The notes beneath the pieces are model-generated. The model made no database searches. It worked only from the letters and a program-made list of their open reading frames with translations, and was not told where the DNA came from. Positions 63,955-64,000 of a DNA stretch of 64,000 bases are shown here, piece by piece (position 1 is the stretch's first letter; each line of letters opens with the position of its first letter). Both the position numbers and the translations under genes were made by a program. The DNA is from Podarcis melisellensis (lineage: Eukaryota): assembly GCA_964234715.1 (NCBI GenBank), contig OZ174279.1. The stretch is one strand, 5' to 3'.

Positions 63955-64000
63955 TTGCTGTTGCTTGCCATCTCGCACTTTCTCTTTCCTTTTATTTTCT
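63955..64000 (+). promoter_or_regulatory. TCF7L2: Probable polypyrimidine tract of the TCF7L2 terminal exon 17 acceptor
   Basis: Window ends in cacttttctctttccttttattttct. The last exon (RKKKC...) has not appeared yet, and the AG itself is not visible. Confidence 0.65.

Larger units (their letters stand above)
1..64000 (+). other. TCF7L2: TCF7L2 gene body (partial: distal intron 5 to the acceptor region of the last exon)
   Basis: Eleven GT-AG bounded exons in the expected order and phase encode TCF/LEF peptides. LVPQ and SFLSS alternative sites, EHSECFLNPCLSLPPIT, and both CRARF and CRALF exons distinguish TCF7L2 from LEF1, TCF7 and TCF7L1. Confidence 0.97.

Noticed and set aside
1-64000. 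CRISPR arrays, rRNA, operon-like or viral systems
   Set aside because: No repeat-spacer arrays, rRNA signatures or long ORFs; the sequence is a vertebrate intron-exon locus.

Overview
Vertebrate genomic DNA, most likely from a lacertid-type lizard (Sauria SINEs, tRNA/CR1-tail SINEs, CR1, L1 and MITEs), with seven N-gaps. The window lies inside TCF7L2 on the + strand. Positions 1-33305 are the distal part of the large intron upstream of the SNKVPVV exon. Exons 6-16 (17-exon numbering) follow, each delimited by GT-AG sites and frame continuity: the LVPQ and SFLSS alternative splice sites, the HMG box, the basic tail, exon 13, the paralogous CRARF and CRALF C-clamp exons, and the 25-nt exon 16. 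The window ends in what looks like the polypyrimidine tract of the last exon. No wholly new gene system was found. The best candidates for undescribed biology are in the splicing and promoter architecture: (1) a perfect 12-nt tandem duplication of the exon 11 donor that could insert VGGY between the HMG box and the basic tail; (2) an in-frame 36/33-nt candidate exon at 22981-23016; (3) a candidate internal first exon ending in ATG|GTAAGC that would give an N-terminally truncated MSNKVPVV isoform; (4) exon 16 carrying stops in both reachable frames; (5) an intronic hairpin between exons 13 and 14. Comparisons with human sequence are from memory and need alignment to confirm.
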